A DNA stretch of 64,000 nt. Source: Sminthopsis crassicaudata (taxonomy: Eukaryota). Below the pieces are notes generated by a model. The model was not told the DNA's origin, did no database searches, and worked only from the letters and a program-made list of their open reading frames with translations. Location of the stretch: contig NC_133617.1 of assembly GCF_048593235.1 (NCBI RefSeq), positions 181,248,937-181,312,936 on the forward strand, written 5' to 3'. This document shows positions 51,150-64,000 of this stretch, piece after piece (positions within the stretch are counted from its first letter, which is position 1; each line of letters opens with the position of its first letter). The position numbers were made by a program, and so were the translations under genes.

Positions 51150-52080
51150 ACCAATAATCATTTATTAAGCACCCACTTTGATTCAGGCTCTGTCCTAGGC
51201 ACTGGTAATATAAAGACAAATGAGAAAATAGTCCCTGCCTTCAAAGAGCTTACAGTCTAATCAGGGGAAATATCAAGTATAGACAAAATATGTACAGACT
51301 CCAGACTCTGCCATGACACCCTGAGGGCACTGCAGACAATATTGGACTTGTTCAATTCAGCTTTATAATACATCCCACTATGTGCTAGACACCATTCTGG
51401 GCATCAGAGATACAGAGACAAAAATTAAAGTTTCTCTCAAGAAACTTACATTGTGTTATGGAGGGGCTACTGAAGAGGAGGGGAGAATAGGGGACAACAT
51501 GAAAACGTTAAGTAAATACAGAAGAGGAGGAAGAAAGCACTAATAACTAGAGAATCGGAGATGTACAGATATAAGACAAAGCAAAAAGTCATACCAATCA
51601 GGAACTTAAAGGAAATTTAAGATTTTCAGAGCTGGAGTGAAGGACATTCTAGTCATAGAAGATAACAAAGTTTCAATGGACACAGACATAGGAGATGGAA
51701 TGCTGAGATTGGATGCAGAGTAGATGACATGAATCTGTTGAGGTAGATTGGAGCCAGACTATGGAGGTTTTTGTATTTTAGACTGAAGAATATTTAAATA
51801 TTAATGGCAACAAGGAAACTTTCCCTTGTGAGTGAGATAGCAACAATTAGATCTTAAGAAAGCCCTTTTGGCAGCTGTGTGAAAGAAGAAGTAAAGCAGA
51901 GAAAGGTAAAGAAATAAAACCAAATAGGAGATTATTGCACTAGTATCATAGAGAAGAGGTGACAAGTACTGAGAAAGGTGAGCTAGGTGGAGAGAAGGGA
52001 ACAGATGAAAGAAATGTAGCCACAAAATTAATAAGAATGATTGGACATAGGTCACAAGGCAAAGGTCAGAAAATGATAGA
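51150..52080 (-). mobile_element. L2 fragments
   Basis: Two antisense L2 3' termini (catttattaagcacccac; ccactatgtgctagacacc) and upstream L2 text. Confidence 0.7.
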
Positions 52081-52219
52081 ATCACAGTATTTTGGAATAG
52101 GAAGGAACATCAGAGACCATCTTTTCTAATCTGTATATAAACTATATTATCCTTCTCAGTGTAAATGACAAATGGTCACCTAGCTTTTGTGAGATGTTTG
52201 ATGAGGAAGAGCTCACTAG

Positions 52220-52495
52220 CTGTGTTGTTGTTTAGTCATTTCAGTCATGTTTGACTCTTTGTGATCCCATTTGGGGTTTTCTTGTCAAAGATATTGCAGT
52301 GGTTTGCTATTTCCTTCTCTACCTCATTTTACAGATGAGGAAACTGAGGAAAAACAGAGTCAAGTGACTTGCACAGGAGCACATGACTTTTCCCAGATGC
52401 ACACAGCCAGTAAGTATCTGAGCCTGGATTTGAACTCAGGTCTTCCTGACTTGATGCCTGGCACTATATTTATTGTGCCACCTAGCTGTCCCCTC
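52220..52495 (-). mobile_element. Mar1-type SINE
   Basis: gttgttgtttagtcatttcagtcatgtttgactc tail, CORE, and gtgccacctagctg head. Confidence 0.85.
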
Positions 52496-52938
52496 TTGTC
52501 TATTTAGGCAGCCTATTTATTACATACTTGGATAAGTTCTAAGCTTTTTGTTACCTTAATTTGCCTCTTTGAGGGCATTTTGCCACCTCCCTTCCCAGAC
52601 CAAATAACTAATTTCTTCAAAGGATGCTCAGATTAAAAGATATTAATGCCTTTTACTATCCTTGTTGCATTTCTTTAGATGCTTTGTAGCTTACCAATGT
52701 CCTTCCTAAAATGAGGTACCCATTGCTGCAAATACAAATTAAATAATGGCGCTTATGCTAATGTTGTATTGTTCATCCTTCATTTTTGAAGAGGACCAAT
52801 GATATCATAGAATGATCTCCCTCTTTTTCTCAATAGTATTTTATTTTTCCAAATAACATATAAAGACAGCTTTCAATATTCATTTTTGTAAGATTTTGAG
52901 TTCCAAATTGTATCCCCATCATATATATATATATATGT

Positions 52939-52980
52939 AAATCAACATCATATATATATATATATATATGATGTTGATTT
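52939..52980. repeat. Perfect 42-bp palindrome centred on (TA)9
   Basis: aaatcaacatca-(ta)9-tgatgttgattt. Confidence 0.95.
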
Positions 52981-53049
52981 TTCTTAATCTAAGTATAAGG
53001 ATTTATTTTTCCTACAAATTTCATCTTATTAACTTCAACTTGATATTCT

Positions 53050-54000
53050 AACTTGTCATTTATTCATTCAATAAGCATTTATCAAGCCTATTTGTGCTAG
53101 GCATTAGGCTAGGAATAAAAAAGAATAAAATGAGGCAATCCCTATGCTACTGGGGGAAACAACAAATACACAGAAATATATGCAAAGAAATTTCTTGGGG
53201 AAGTGCACTATTAACTAGAATCAGAATATAGGAAGTAAAACTTGAGCTTAGCTTTAAAGGAAACTAGAAATTCCTTGAGAAGAAAATGAGGAGGGAGAGC
53301 ATTCTAGGGTTGGAACCAGACTATGCAAATACCTGGAGATAGAAGAGAAAATAGGTAACACCATTAGGTAAGCCAGTTTATTGGAATATGGAGTATGTGA
53401 AGGAGGGTAGAGTAGAAAAGACCTGGTAAAGTTGAGTCAGACTGTCTTTACAGGGAAAGAACTGATAAAAAGAAGTATATATAGAATGATTTTTCATCTT
53501 TATTTGTGTCTAATGGTACACAAGAGGGGGAGAGGAATGAAAAAAAGGAATTTACATGAGAAATTTATTATATATTTGAAAGGAATAGCAAGCTGTACAG
53601 ATTTGCAGTTTTGTGAATGGTCATTTTTTTTTTTTTATGCTGTGTAATGGAATTGCTTGTTTTACTTTATAAATTAAAATAAAATAAATAAAAATTAAAA
53701 CCAAAATATAATGGAAGTTTGTTTTTTATCCTTAGTATCTTTTTATTTTTCTGTATTGTTTAGCACATTACATTACATATTGTAGATATTTATTAAATGC
53801 TTTAAAAAATTCCACTGAAGCTTCTTGAATAGGGAAATAACATGTTCAGACCTGTGCTTTAGCAATGTTAATTTGGGAGTCATATGATGGATTAATTGGA
53901 TTGGGTGAGAGATTTGAGACTGGACTGATTAGGAGGCTATTACAATAATTTAGATAATTTAGGCCCTTTTAAGAAGGGCCTGTAGTAGAATGCTGTGGAG
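53050..54000 (-). mobile_element. L2 fragment with an inserted L1-like 3' tail (about 53480-53700)
   Basis: Antisense L2 terminus aataagcatttatcaagcc and ORF2 text. Confidence 0.65.
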
Positions 54001-55317
54001 AGACTGGAATGCATGCCAGACACTTAGGATCTTGACTCTGGGAGTGTGGAACTATTCCTTCCTTGGTAATCCTGTAATATTTACCTTTGTCAAACCTTTG
54101 TTGTTGTTGTTGTTTGTCCTTCATTCTGGAAGAGGACCAATGACATCAAGAGTTTGATGTCTTGACTTGTAAGTGAATTGGATTTCAGTGAGGCAAAGCT
54201 TTGCAAAGTTATTAACTCCTTGAGAATCATCCACATCCAGGGGCAAGATCATTAGCAATGGCCCTAGTTACAATGGAAGATCTTGACCTTTGGATAAAAT
54301 TTTAAATAGTGAAGACCAAGTCAGATTCTTGGGACATTCCACCAGAGACTTCTTTCCAAACTAACAATAATTAAGGCCTTGTCTTTGGGTCTAAGTATTC
54401 AGTTACTTCTGAATCAACCTAAGTATTGAAGAATCTAGTTCACAATTCCCTTTCTTGTTCACATTACTATCATAAAAGACCTTGTTAAATGCTTTCCTAG
54501 AATTTGAGCAAACTATACCTAGAGTATTCTCCTTATCTACAAGTCAGATGACCCATCTGCCGGAGCCAGAGATTATCTTGTGGTTATAAATATGAGTGAA
54601 AGGATGATAATGCCTCCAATAAGAATAGGAAGTTTGGAAAAGAGGTTGGTATAGGGAGAAGATAATAAGTCTTTGATATAATGCTTTTGGGGAATGATTG
54701 TATTATGTATAGTGTTGCTTAAGTTGGAGAAAAACTCATTAATTAGTTAGCACACACTTTTCCAGGAGAAAAATTTGTTCTTTTGGTCTGGTAGGCAAAT
54801 GCTCAAATATTCTCTGATTGAGTTGGCAACGTGTTGTTCTCTTCTCAGTCTACAATATGCTTCATGAGATGAAGACTACAAATTTCAGTTAAGGATAACT
54901 CCATGTGGTTCCCCAAACTGGATAGTCCTAAGACATTTGTCCTGACTTGTCAAAGTTCCACACCCTATGTCTTCATGGACTGCCCATCCCTCATGACCTC
55001 AATAAGTCACCTCCCTTTCCACTGTTCAAAGATCTGAAACCCCACCTTCGTGCTTCAGCCTTTCCCAAAGTGCTGAAAGCAAAGTGACAGTTTCCACCCA
55101 TTACCGTCCTGCCTGAGCATGACTTTTCCACAACTAGCTCCACCAAACCAAATCCCCATAAATTGATATCAGTGCTTTATTTGGTAGATTTTGCTGATAT
55201 TTGCCATTCATTTTTCTGTTCTAAGTACCTATAATATACAAATGCAATGTTTCAGGTGATTTAGGGGAATTAGAGAAGTCCATCCCTCCAGTGAATTTAA
55301 AATCTGTGGGAAAGACA

Positions 55318-55367
55318 GGAGAGGAAAGGAGAGAGGGGGGGAGGGGAGGGGGAGAGGGGGAGGGAGA
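55318..55367 (+). repeat. Polypurine G-run tract (G-quadruplex-capable)
   Basis: gggggggaggggagggggagagggggaggg, five G-runs. Confidence 0.85.
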
Positions 55368-55589
55368 GCACAGATACCTAGTTAAGAAAAATATTAATTC
55401 AAAAGTTCAAAAGTGTTATGAGTCAGATGATGAAAGTGTAACTTCTACCTGACTGTGGGCTTCAGAAGTAAGAATCAATGACAACTTAAAAAAACAGACT
55501 TTGAAGAACTGGTGGTTATCTGATCATTTCTGTGGTTGCTTACTATATGTAAGCTATCCAAGTCTGTAAGGGCAAAATCCTAATTTGAT

Positions 55590-57090
55590 CTCCAGAATCA
55601 CGAAGTTAGGAAAAATGTCAGAAATGATCTAGTCCAATATATAAATGAACAGGAATGAACTCTACATATACCTAAAAAATGGTCATCTAGGTTTTTTTTA
55701 AAGGCCTTCCTAAGGCAGGTTATTTCATTTTCTGAATCTTTTAATTAAGAGATTTCTTTCTTTACATTGAATTGATACAACTCCCCTCCAATACTCATAA
55801 CTCCTATCCCTATAAGAGCTGTGCAGAACAAATTTAATGCACTTCGTACAATAGCCCTTCACAGATTTGAAGATCATTAACATGTATTGTTAGAACTTCT
55901 CTTCACCAGTTAGAAATAGCCATTTTCTTCAACTGATCTTCATATAACAAAACCTCTAGTTCTCTAACCATCCATGTTTTCTTCTGGATGCTCTCCAGGA
56001 TGTCAATACCCTTCCTAAAAACTTAAAACTGAAAACAATAATCTAGATGTTCAATCACTACTGGGTAGAGAGGGACTATTACATTTCTTATTTCAATGAA
56101 GTCTACAGTAGTTTTTTACACAACATGATTTGGCATCCAAAAAACTACTGTAGATCACTTTAAAACCCCAAATACTTTGTAGGCAAATTGCTATTCCTCT
56201 CTTTTCCTCTTTAGCTTCCTTTTGTGTGTTTTCTTGCCCTTTTAGATTATAAACTCTTTGAAGATTAGGACTGTCAATTTTACATTTCTAACCCAAGCAC
56301 TTAGCACTTGGCACAGAGTAAGCACTTAATAAATGTTTATTGACTGATTGGATGGACTGTTTAGCCAAAGCCCTGCTTTTTATACTTATGAAGTGGATTT
56401 TTTTCAAACCATGTTAAGACCTTGTGTATAATCCTATTGAATTTCATCTTAATTGACTCATGTTTCTAGCTTGACAAGATTACCTTGGACTAACTTTATC
56501 ATCCATGTGTTAGCAAGCTCTTAGCTTTATGTATTCTAAGTCATTGTTAAATAGCACAGGGTACAGATCTGTGGGTTACTCCATTGAAGAACTTTTTCCA
56601 AGTTCACTTCAAACCATTATTTACTCCTCTTAAGGGTCAGGCCATTGAAACAGTACTGAATCCATCTCATTGAACTGTTGTTTTATTCACACCTCTCCTA
56701 TTTGTCGGAAAAAAAATAGCACTCAAGTCTTTCTCACTTTTACTAAAATCTAGGTAAATCAACTATAGCTTTCCCCAGCCTACCAGTTCAGTAATTAAAA
56801 AAAAAAAATGATGTTAATTTTCATAATATATTCTTCATGAAGCCATATTGGTACTTCTTGGTCACTGCTTCCTCTTCTGGATGTTTATTAACTAATTTCC
56901 ATGATTTGAAATCAAACTTGTTGGACTGTAGTTTGTAGAATCCATTATTGTTTTTTTAATCAGAATATTTCCTCTTCCCTAGTCCTATCTTGTTTTCTAT
57001 GACTTTTTAAAGATCATTGACAATAGTTTAGAATCACAGATACCAATTCTTTTTTTGCCTTGGACTTGGTGATTTTTATTCACCAAGGAT
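55590..57090 (-). mobile_element. Long L3/CR1 relic (RT region to 3' end)
   Basis: Antisense CR1 text throughout (tctggatgctctccagg; gactaactttatcatcc; aaagatcattgacaatag). Confidence 0.65.
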
Positions 57091-57148
57091 GAGAAAGGCC
57101 GCGTTGGTGGGAACCTAATCTTTTGTTTGGATAATAACTGTGGTCCTA

Positions 57149-57894
57149 ACATTAATGCATTGTTGATGGAATTGTGAATTGATCCAACCATTCTGGAGAG
57201 CAATTTGGAACTATACCCAAAGAGCTATAAAACTGTGCATACCCCCCAATAATATCACTACTAGGTCTGTATCCCAAAGACATTATAAAAAACAGAAAAT
57301 GACCCACATGTGCAAAAATGTTTATAGAGGCTCTCTTTGTGGTGAGAAAGAATTGGAAACTAAAAGGATATCTATCAATTGGGGAATAGTTGAACAAATT
57401 GTGAATATAATCTAATATTACTGTTTTATAAGAAATGATAAGCAATCATATTTCAGAAAAATCTGCAAAGACTTTTATAAACTGATGCTAAATAAAGTGA
57501 ACAGAACCAAGAGAACATTATACATAGTAATAGCACAACTTTGATAGACTTTGCTCTTCTCAGCCATACAATCAAAGATAATTCTAAAAGATTCATGATG
57601 TAGAATGTTATCTGCATCCAGAGAAAAAAAAATCTTTGGAATATGAATGCATATTGAAGCATACTATTTTCACTTTTGTTTTGTTTTTTCTTATATTTTT
57701 TTCCTTTTGTTCTGATTCTTCTTTTACAACATGACTAATATAGAAATATTTTAATATGATTGTACATATATAATTTATATCACATTAATTGCCATCTTGG
57801 AGAGGGTAAGAATAGGGAGGGAGAAAAAATGGAAATCAAAATCTTATAAAGTAAGTGTCAAAAACTAATAAACAAATTAAAAAAAAAAAACCAA
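57149..57894 (+). mobile_element. 5'-truncated L1
   Basis: 13-bp TSD aactgtggtccta (57136-57148 and 57895-57907); ORF 57179-57415 QPFWRAIWNYTQRAIKLCIP. Confidence 0.95.
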
Positions 57895-58111
57895 AACTGT
57901 GGTCCTATAGCAATTGTGATTAAGGTGGAATATAATCCACTCTTTGATTCACATGTAGCTTAAGCCTTTGAAAAACTAACATAGCCAGAATTTCTCACTT
58001 ATACCAGAGTATAAGTTTCTGGGTAAAATTATACCTAAAATATGTTACTTTCTGGGTAAGTAAAAAGTGTTCTATTGAAAGATAGAAGATTTTTCCTAAA
58101 CTGTCACTTAC

Positions 58112-58133
58112 CAAACGGGGCAATTGTGATAAG
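58112..58133 (-). CDS. Candidate 22-nt microexon (frame unresolved: LITIAPF, LSQLPRL or YHNCPV)
   Basis: Acceptor ttttcttcatatattttcggcag| and perfect donor TTG|GTAAGT in unique CpG-retaining DNA. Confidence 0.35.
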
Positions 58134-59499
58134 CTGCCGAAAATATATGAAGAAAATATTGCTTCATTTCAAATGAAAAAAGGTACTCATATACCTTTCC
58201 TGAATTCATTGCATTTCCTACTCAAGTCTGAAGTGATTGTTTGGCAGGACATTTCTAATGTGTTGTCATGTATTTAAATGATCTGAATCTGTGACAATTT
58301 TTCAGTAGACTATGTGTTACGTTCTTTGAAAAGCCATATTAACTTATTTGGTTAGGATGATAAGATCAAGTAGAAACGGTTTATGAAAACATTTCGGTGG
58401 CCTAATCAGATTCCCATTTATTCTTGTTTGTCCTTTGCTTTTGAAGCACACTAATGACATCACTGGGAATTATGGGGTGTTCAAGAAGGCCAGTAGGTGT
58501 GAGGGTTTGCCAAGCCTTTTTCAGGGCTGTTCATCCACCTTTAGTGTCTACCTGGCATTCAGCTCTCTCACCTGTGGCTCCAAGAAGATGTAGCATTCCC
58601 AGTGGCCACACCCATAAACTGTTTGGGCGTTTGCAATTTAGTGAGCTGTTGGAAGCCTTCTTGTTGTCTGGGTCAAGGAGGCATTATTTGTTTTTTTAAC
58701 TGATGGCTGGTATGTTTTTAGGATTCCATTAAAATCAAGAGGCAGAGAGGAGCCTACAGCATGTTGAAACTAATTAAAAGGAGGCATTAGTTAATTATAA
58801 GGTACTATGGTTTATTCAGGCGAGTACTTAGCCCTTCTTCAGACAGAAAAGACAGCACAAAAACTTGGTTATTTATTGTTGATGATGCTATTTAAATTTT
58901 CATTAGCTGGTTGTCTCTCCTTTGAGCTTCTCATGTCAAGTTGTTCAAGATCATAAAAATCTCATTTCTGGTTTGTGTCAGAAATCTTAAGAATACCCCT
59001 TAAATAGCTTGATATCATCTGTCTCTGATCATTTTTGCTGGTGATAAAGGAAGTAGCAGTCTGGTATCTGGAAAGAATGATGGATTTGGAGGCATACTAC
59101 AAAGAGGTTGGCATCTTGCTTATGCCAATTTACTTTCTGTGTAACTTTAGGCAAGTCACTTATGGGTGGCTTATAGGTTTCTGATTTGGGGGCACGACTA
59201 AATAAATTATATTCAAGGTGCCTACTATCTCTAAATCTCTGATCTCATGAGCCAGTTTGCTGAAACATCCATAGGGCACTTCAATATTTAGATGATGTTT
59301 TGTTACCTATATTTTCCTTGAATAGGGACAGATTTAGCTGTAGACAAAATAGTGACATGCAAGTGGTAAGATTAAAATGGTCTCCAAAAATTCAGTGACT
59401 TAAGATTCTAAAGTATCTCTCTCACTTATCTGTTTAGTTTTCCCTAACCTTACCTTTCATTTTTTTTCACATCAGCAACCCTTCAAATATCTTTCTTTT

Positions 59500-60900
59500 T
59501 TCGATTAAAGCTTTTTTATTTTCAAAACATATCCTTAATTTTCAACATTCACTTCTGTAAAACCCTGTGTTCCAGATTTTTTCTCTTCCTTCCTCCCACC
59601 CCCTTTCCCAGATAGCAAGTAATCTAATATGTTAAACATTCTTTATACTTATTTCCACAATTATCATTGTGTACAAAAAAATCACATAAAAAAGGAAAAA
59701 AAGATGAGAAAGAAACCAGAATGCAAGCAAAAAACAACAAAAAGATGGAAATACTATGTTGTGATGCACACTCAGTCTCCACAGATGATTCTATCACAAG
59801 ACTACTGGAACTGGCCTCACTGTTGAAAAGAACCATATCCATCAGAATTGATCATTGTATAATCTTGCTGTTGTGCTATATACAATGTTTTCTTGGTTCT
59901 ACTCACTTCATTTAGTATCAGTAAGTCTCTCCAGGTTTCTCTGAAATTATACTGCTGATCATTTCTTACAGAACAGTAATATTCTATAACATTCATATAT
60001 TATAACTTATTCAACCATTTCCCAACTGATGAGCATCCATTCACTTTCTAGTTCCTTGACACTACAAAGAGGGCTGCTACAAACATTTTTGTACACATAG
60101 GTCCTTTTCCTTTTTTTATGATCTCTTTTGGATATAGGCTCGATAGAGATACTGCTGGATCAAGAGTATACACAGTTTGTGACCACTGTTTTGTTTTGTT
60201 TTTCTTCCCAGATTATTTTTAGCTTCCGAATACAATCCTTCTTTTGCAACAAAAACAACAACAAAATTCGGTTCTGCACATATATATTGTACCTAGGATA
60301 TACTATAAGATATTTAATATGTATGGGAATGCCTGCCATCTAGGGGAGGGGGTGGAGGGAAGGAGGGGAAAAATTTGGAACAGAAGGGAGTACAAGGGAT
60401 AATGTTGTAAAAAAAAAAAAAATTACCATGAATATGTACTGTCAAAGAAAATGTTATAATTATAAAAATTAAAAAAAAATTTAAAAAGAGTGTATACAGT
60501 TTGATAGCTCTTTGGGAATAATTTCAAATTGTTCTTCACAATAGTTGGATCAGTTCACAACTTGACCAACAATGTATTAGTGCCCCAGTCTTTCCACATC
60601 CCCTCCAATGTTCATCACTATCTTTTCCTGTCATTTTAGCCAATCTGAGAAATGTGAAGTGATACCTCAGAGTTGTCTTAACTTACATTTTTCTGATCAA
60701 CAATGATTTAGAGCATTTTTTTCATGTGACTAAAATGGTTTTAATTTCTTCATTTGAAAATTGTTTGTTCATATCCTTTGACCATTTATCAATTGAAAAA
60801 TTTATCAATGAATTCTTACAAATTTGAGTCAATTCTCTATATATTTTAGAAATGAGGTCTTTATCAGAACCTTTGGATGTCAAATTTTTCCCCAATTTAT
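59500..60900 (-). mobile_element. L1 3' portion (ORF2 end + 3' UTR)
   Basis: Antisense 3' UTR from poly-T at about 59500 through ORF2 C-terminal text. Confidence 0.9.
60180..60485 (+). mobile_element. Younger L1 3' UTR nested in the antisense L1
   Basis: Nearly the same sequence as 13217-13615; 18-bp TSD with 2 mismatches (60162-60179 and 60486-60503). Confidence 0.9.
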
Positions 60901-61675
60901 TATTTATCTTCTAATCTTTTCTGCATTACCAAACTCACCTTATAAAAGTATTTATTCACTGAGAAGGCATTGTAAGAACAAAAACAGAAAACATTTTCCC
61001 CAATATCTGGGAATATACTTTTCCATGTGTCTTCTCAGTTCTTGGAATCAGTGGGGCCAACCTTAAAGCAGTTTCTGGATAGCATTCCCTCCACTCTAGT
61101 TCACTTGTGAATGGATATGTAATAGCATAGCTATTAGGTGGATCAATATTGTTTCCTTTTAACTTCATTTGATCCCATTCTGTCTTGGTTCAAGCAGCTT
61201 TCTTGAGACTTCACTCCTCACCAGGCTTAATTGTTAGCAAAATCTGTAATCCATTCCAACTCCTGGGCCTTTTGAAGTTTAGGAGATCTCAGTATAGTCT
61301 AATACTCTTTTACTTAAAAGCAAGAAAAGAGTCAAAGAGCAGAAATATTTGTATTCATAGCCTGGGTGTAAAGATTAAATCCCATGATGACTTTCCTCAT
61401 TCTGGGATATAACAAGTTATGCTCTGATCTCAACCAGGGAAGATAAAGACCACAATTCTCAAAATATCCACAACTAGATTCACTTCTTGAGAGCTTTCTG
61501 GAAAATCTATTTGGCTTTTTCCCTCATTGGGTTAAAGTTATTACGTTACTTGGGAAGGGAAGTAAGTCAGCTGGCTAACACCAGGACATGATTAACGGTA
61601 TCACCCAGGACATCCACAAGGAAATGAGATTCAGGATAGTTATGTTCTGACTAAGGGGCAGTGAGAGTTGGGAGG

Positions 61676-62151
61676 TGTAATGTTCTCTGTTTTGGTTTCT
61701 TGGGGTCTCTGGGAGCAGCCTTTGTTTCAATTCAGTAATTACCACATGAGCAGCCAAGAGTTAAAGTCCAAATCCTTTATTATCTCCTTCCTGGGTCTGG
61801 GCAGCTTTCTGGAGAGCCTTTCAGACTGGCCTTGGTCACAGTGGAGAAATGCAGGAGGAGAGCCTGCCACCAATGGCTTGACTGAAGATCAAATGAATGT
61901 CTGTCCTTGGTTCCAAGAGCTTGAGCTCCCGCCTGTCTTCTCTGGCTTCTGAATCTCCCCGACTTTACCTGGCTGAGGCTTATAGCTTATATGCTCTACA
62001 CTGAGTATAAACCACTCATTATATCACTAGGAAACCATTAGTTGTAGGATTAAATCAATCATACTGAACCATGCTAAACCATTGTCTCCTCAATTCCACT
62101 TAGCACCTTGTAAGCATCCTTGTTTCAAATTCAGAGTTCTGGCCCATAACA
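61676..62151 (-). mobile_element. Solo LTR, 476 bp, probably class II (beta-like) ERV
   Basis: TGTAATG...CATAACA termini; 6-bp TSD gggagg (61670-61675 and 62152-62157); minus-strand AATAAA and TATA-like motifs. Confidence 0.85.
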
Positions 62152-62309
62152 GGGAGGAAGTCTCACAGTGGAGAGCCCTGGCAGTTAGTATTCAGTAGAT
62201 TCTGGCACTTATAAGGAAAGATTTCTTTCTTTTTATGCTAATTGTAGGTGAGGATTAAGGGCACAATATTGAAGACTCTCCAGAAATAGGCACTATGATA
62301 TATGTGTTG

Positions 62310-62580
62310 AGGGATGGTTGAAAGGCAGAATAAATACTATGAATTTTAGTATATGGAAGGAGGGGAAGTAGACAGGATTTGCCCTTGGGGCTATGGATTT
62401 CATTGTGACTATAGAGAGAATGGAATGGGACAGTGTGAAAATGTGGACATTCTTGTCTTGTATTGGCTTCTCCAATTAGATAGAATGTGAGATCCCTGAA
62501 AGGAGGGACAATCTTGCTTTTCTGTTTTCTGTCTCTTATGTTTGGCCCATAGTAAATACTCATTCATTCATTCACTAACT
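62310..62580 (+). mobile_element. L2 3' end
   Basis: tagaatgtgagatccctgaaaggaggga...gtaaatactcattcattcattc. Confidence 0.7.
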
Positions 62581-63269
62581 TATTTTTATTCATCCATTTC
62601 CTGGCAAGTATGTACAAGGTATGTGTAAGGTTTGTGGTTTGATTACTAGTAAGTAACCTCCCAAACCCCAGCATATATCAGTACAGATACAGTGATAAGG
62701 ACTATCATAACAATATATTTCGGTGTTGTACAGTTTATCTGAATTCTCAGTTCTGTTTAGTACAGTTAATCTGAGTAACTGGCACAATCAAGCTTACTTC
62801 CAAATTTGTTTCCTCTGGCAGGGACATGGAGCCCTGGCAGTGGTGCAGTGAACACTTTGATCACAGGTACTGTTGATCCAGGAGACAGATGGTCTTCACA
62901 TCAGAAAATGTGATTGAAGGGAGATAGGAGCAACTCAGGTTAGAAAAGTGGAGAGAAAAGTGCCACTGAATGAGACTCTGGGGTGATGGCTTGAATCTAG
63001 ACAAAGGAAGAAGAATCTATGGCACAGCCACAGGGAGGAAACATAACTGCCTAGGGAGGACCCGGGTGTCTGGTATCCTGGAGCAAAGGTCTGATGCCCC
63101 TGCCCTAGTAATGCCCCTGCTAGGGCAAGGACAGTGCATAGCTTAATAATTGTTGTATCCCTGCTCCCTTAGAAGGATTTATTTTATATATGTAGAGCCT
63201 AAAGAAATAATTTTATCAATGGTCCTAGCTACATTCATAATTTAACAAGATGACTAGGTGGTGGTGATA

Positions 63270-63485
63270 GTCACTGCTCAACCCCAAATTAGTGATCTTT
63301 CTTGGAGTTTATTTGGCAAAAATACTTTGTCATTTTCTTCTCCAGCTCATTTTACAGATGAGAAAACTGAGTTAAACGATTTACCCCCAGGGTCATAGAG
63401 CTGGTAAATTTCTGAGACTGGATTTGAACTCAGGTCCTCCTGACTCCAGGAATCACCAATGAATGTCCATTGAATCACCTGACTG
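63270..63485 (-). mobile_element. Mar1-type SINE
   Basis: tttggcaaaaatac tail, CORE, ggatttgaactcaggtc. Confidence 0.75.
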
Positions 63486-63639
63486 AACTTTTATTTTATT
63501 TATTTTTAAAATTTCACATTTCATATTTTTATTTCCTCTAGTTTTGAGTTTAGCTGATAGAAAATTATTAGTCAACACCAATATGATTAAGAAAACTATT
63601 AGTAAACAAACTCCCTAGCCTTATTTTAAATGATTTATT

Positions 63640-64000
63640 TTATTACCCATTCTGAATTTATATAAGCCTTTATTTTTCCAAATATATGCAAAGATAGTTT
63701 TCAACATTTATCTTTGCAAAATCTTGTGTTCCAAATTTCTATCTCTCTGTTCCCTCCTTACCTAGATAGGAAGCAATCCAATATAAGTGAAATGTGTAAC
63801 TCTTCTGACCGTATTTCCATATTCATCATGCTGTGCAAGAAAAATCAGATCAAAAGGGGAAAAATGAGGAAATAAACAAATAACAACAACAAAAAAGGTG
63901 AAAATACTATCATTTGATCCACATTCAGTCTCTATAGTTCTCTTTCTGAATGTGATTGGCACTTTTCCAGCCCAAGTCTATTGGAACTAACTTGAATCAC
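63640..64000 (-). mobile_element. L1 3' UTR, running off the window edge
   Basis: ttttatttttccaaatatatgcaaagatagttttcaac..tttgatccacattcagtc. Confidence 0.85.

Noticed and set aside
57084-57114. CpG-containing VPTNAAFLIL exon-like stretch
   Set aside because: The donor-like site lies in the L3/CR1 relic and the acceptor lacks a pyrimidine tract.
1-64000. tRNA, rRNA, snRNA, miRNA genes or CRISPR arrays
   Set aside because: Only tRNA-derived SINE heads were seen; no stand-alone RNA gene or convincing pre-miRNA, and CRISPR does not apply to mammalian DNA.

Overview
AT-rich, CpG-depleted marsupial genomic DNA, most likely dasyurid (WSINE1-type and Mar1-type CORE-SINEs, marsupial L1 3' ends). 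It is mostly intronic or intergenic and is filled with L1, L2, L3/CR1, MIR/Mar1/WSINE1 SINEs, hAT MITEs and solo LTRs, with two assembly gaps. No long host-gene CDS is present; the only clearly protein-like ORF-track entries are L1 ORF2 C-termini. A run of small, well-signalled minus-strand exons (12509-12538, 10893-10948, terminal exon from 5949) splices into an open frame, ...DYVLNDQLSRKRIYDTLKNQPFRIAAASSPIF*. This may be the 3' end of a large gene that I could not identify. The most interesting signal is two decayed copies (about 28.3-29.1 kb and 42.9-43.7 kb) of a composite retroposon. In each, an intronless 5' fragment of the Y-box protein YBX3 mRNA (Ala/Pro-rich N-terminus plus the start of the cold-shock domain) is fused through a shared linker to an L2 3' tail, which suggests an mRNA-derived, L2-mobilised SINE-like family. 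Repeat family names come from recalled consensus similarity, and repeat edges are approximate unless TSDs are given.
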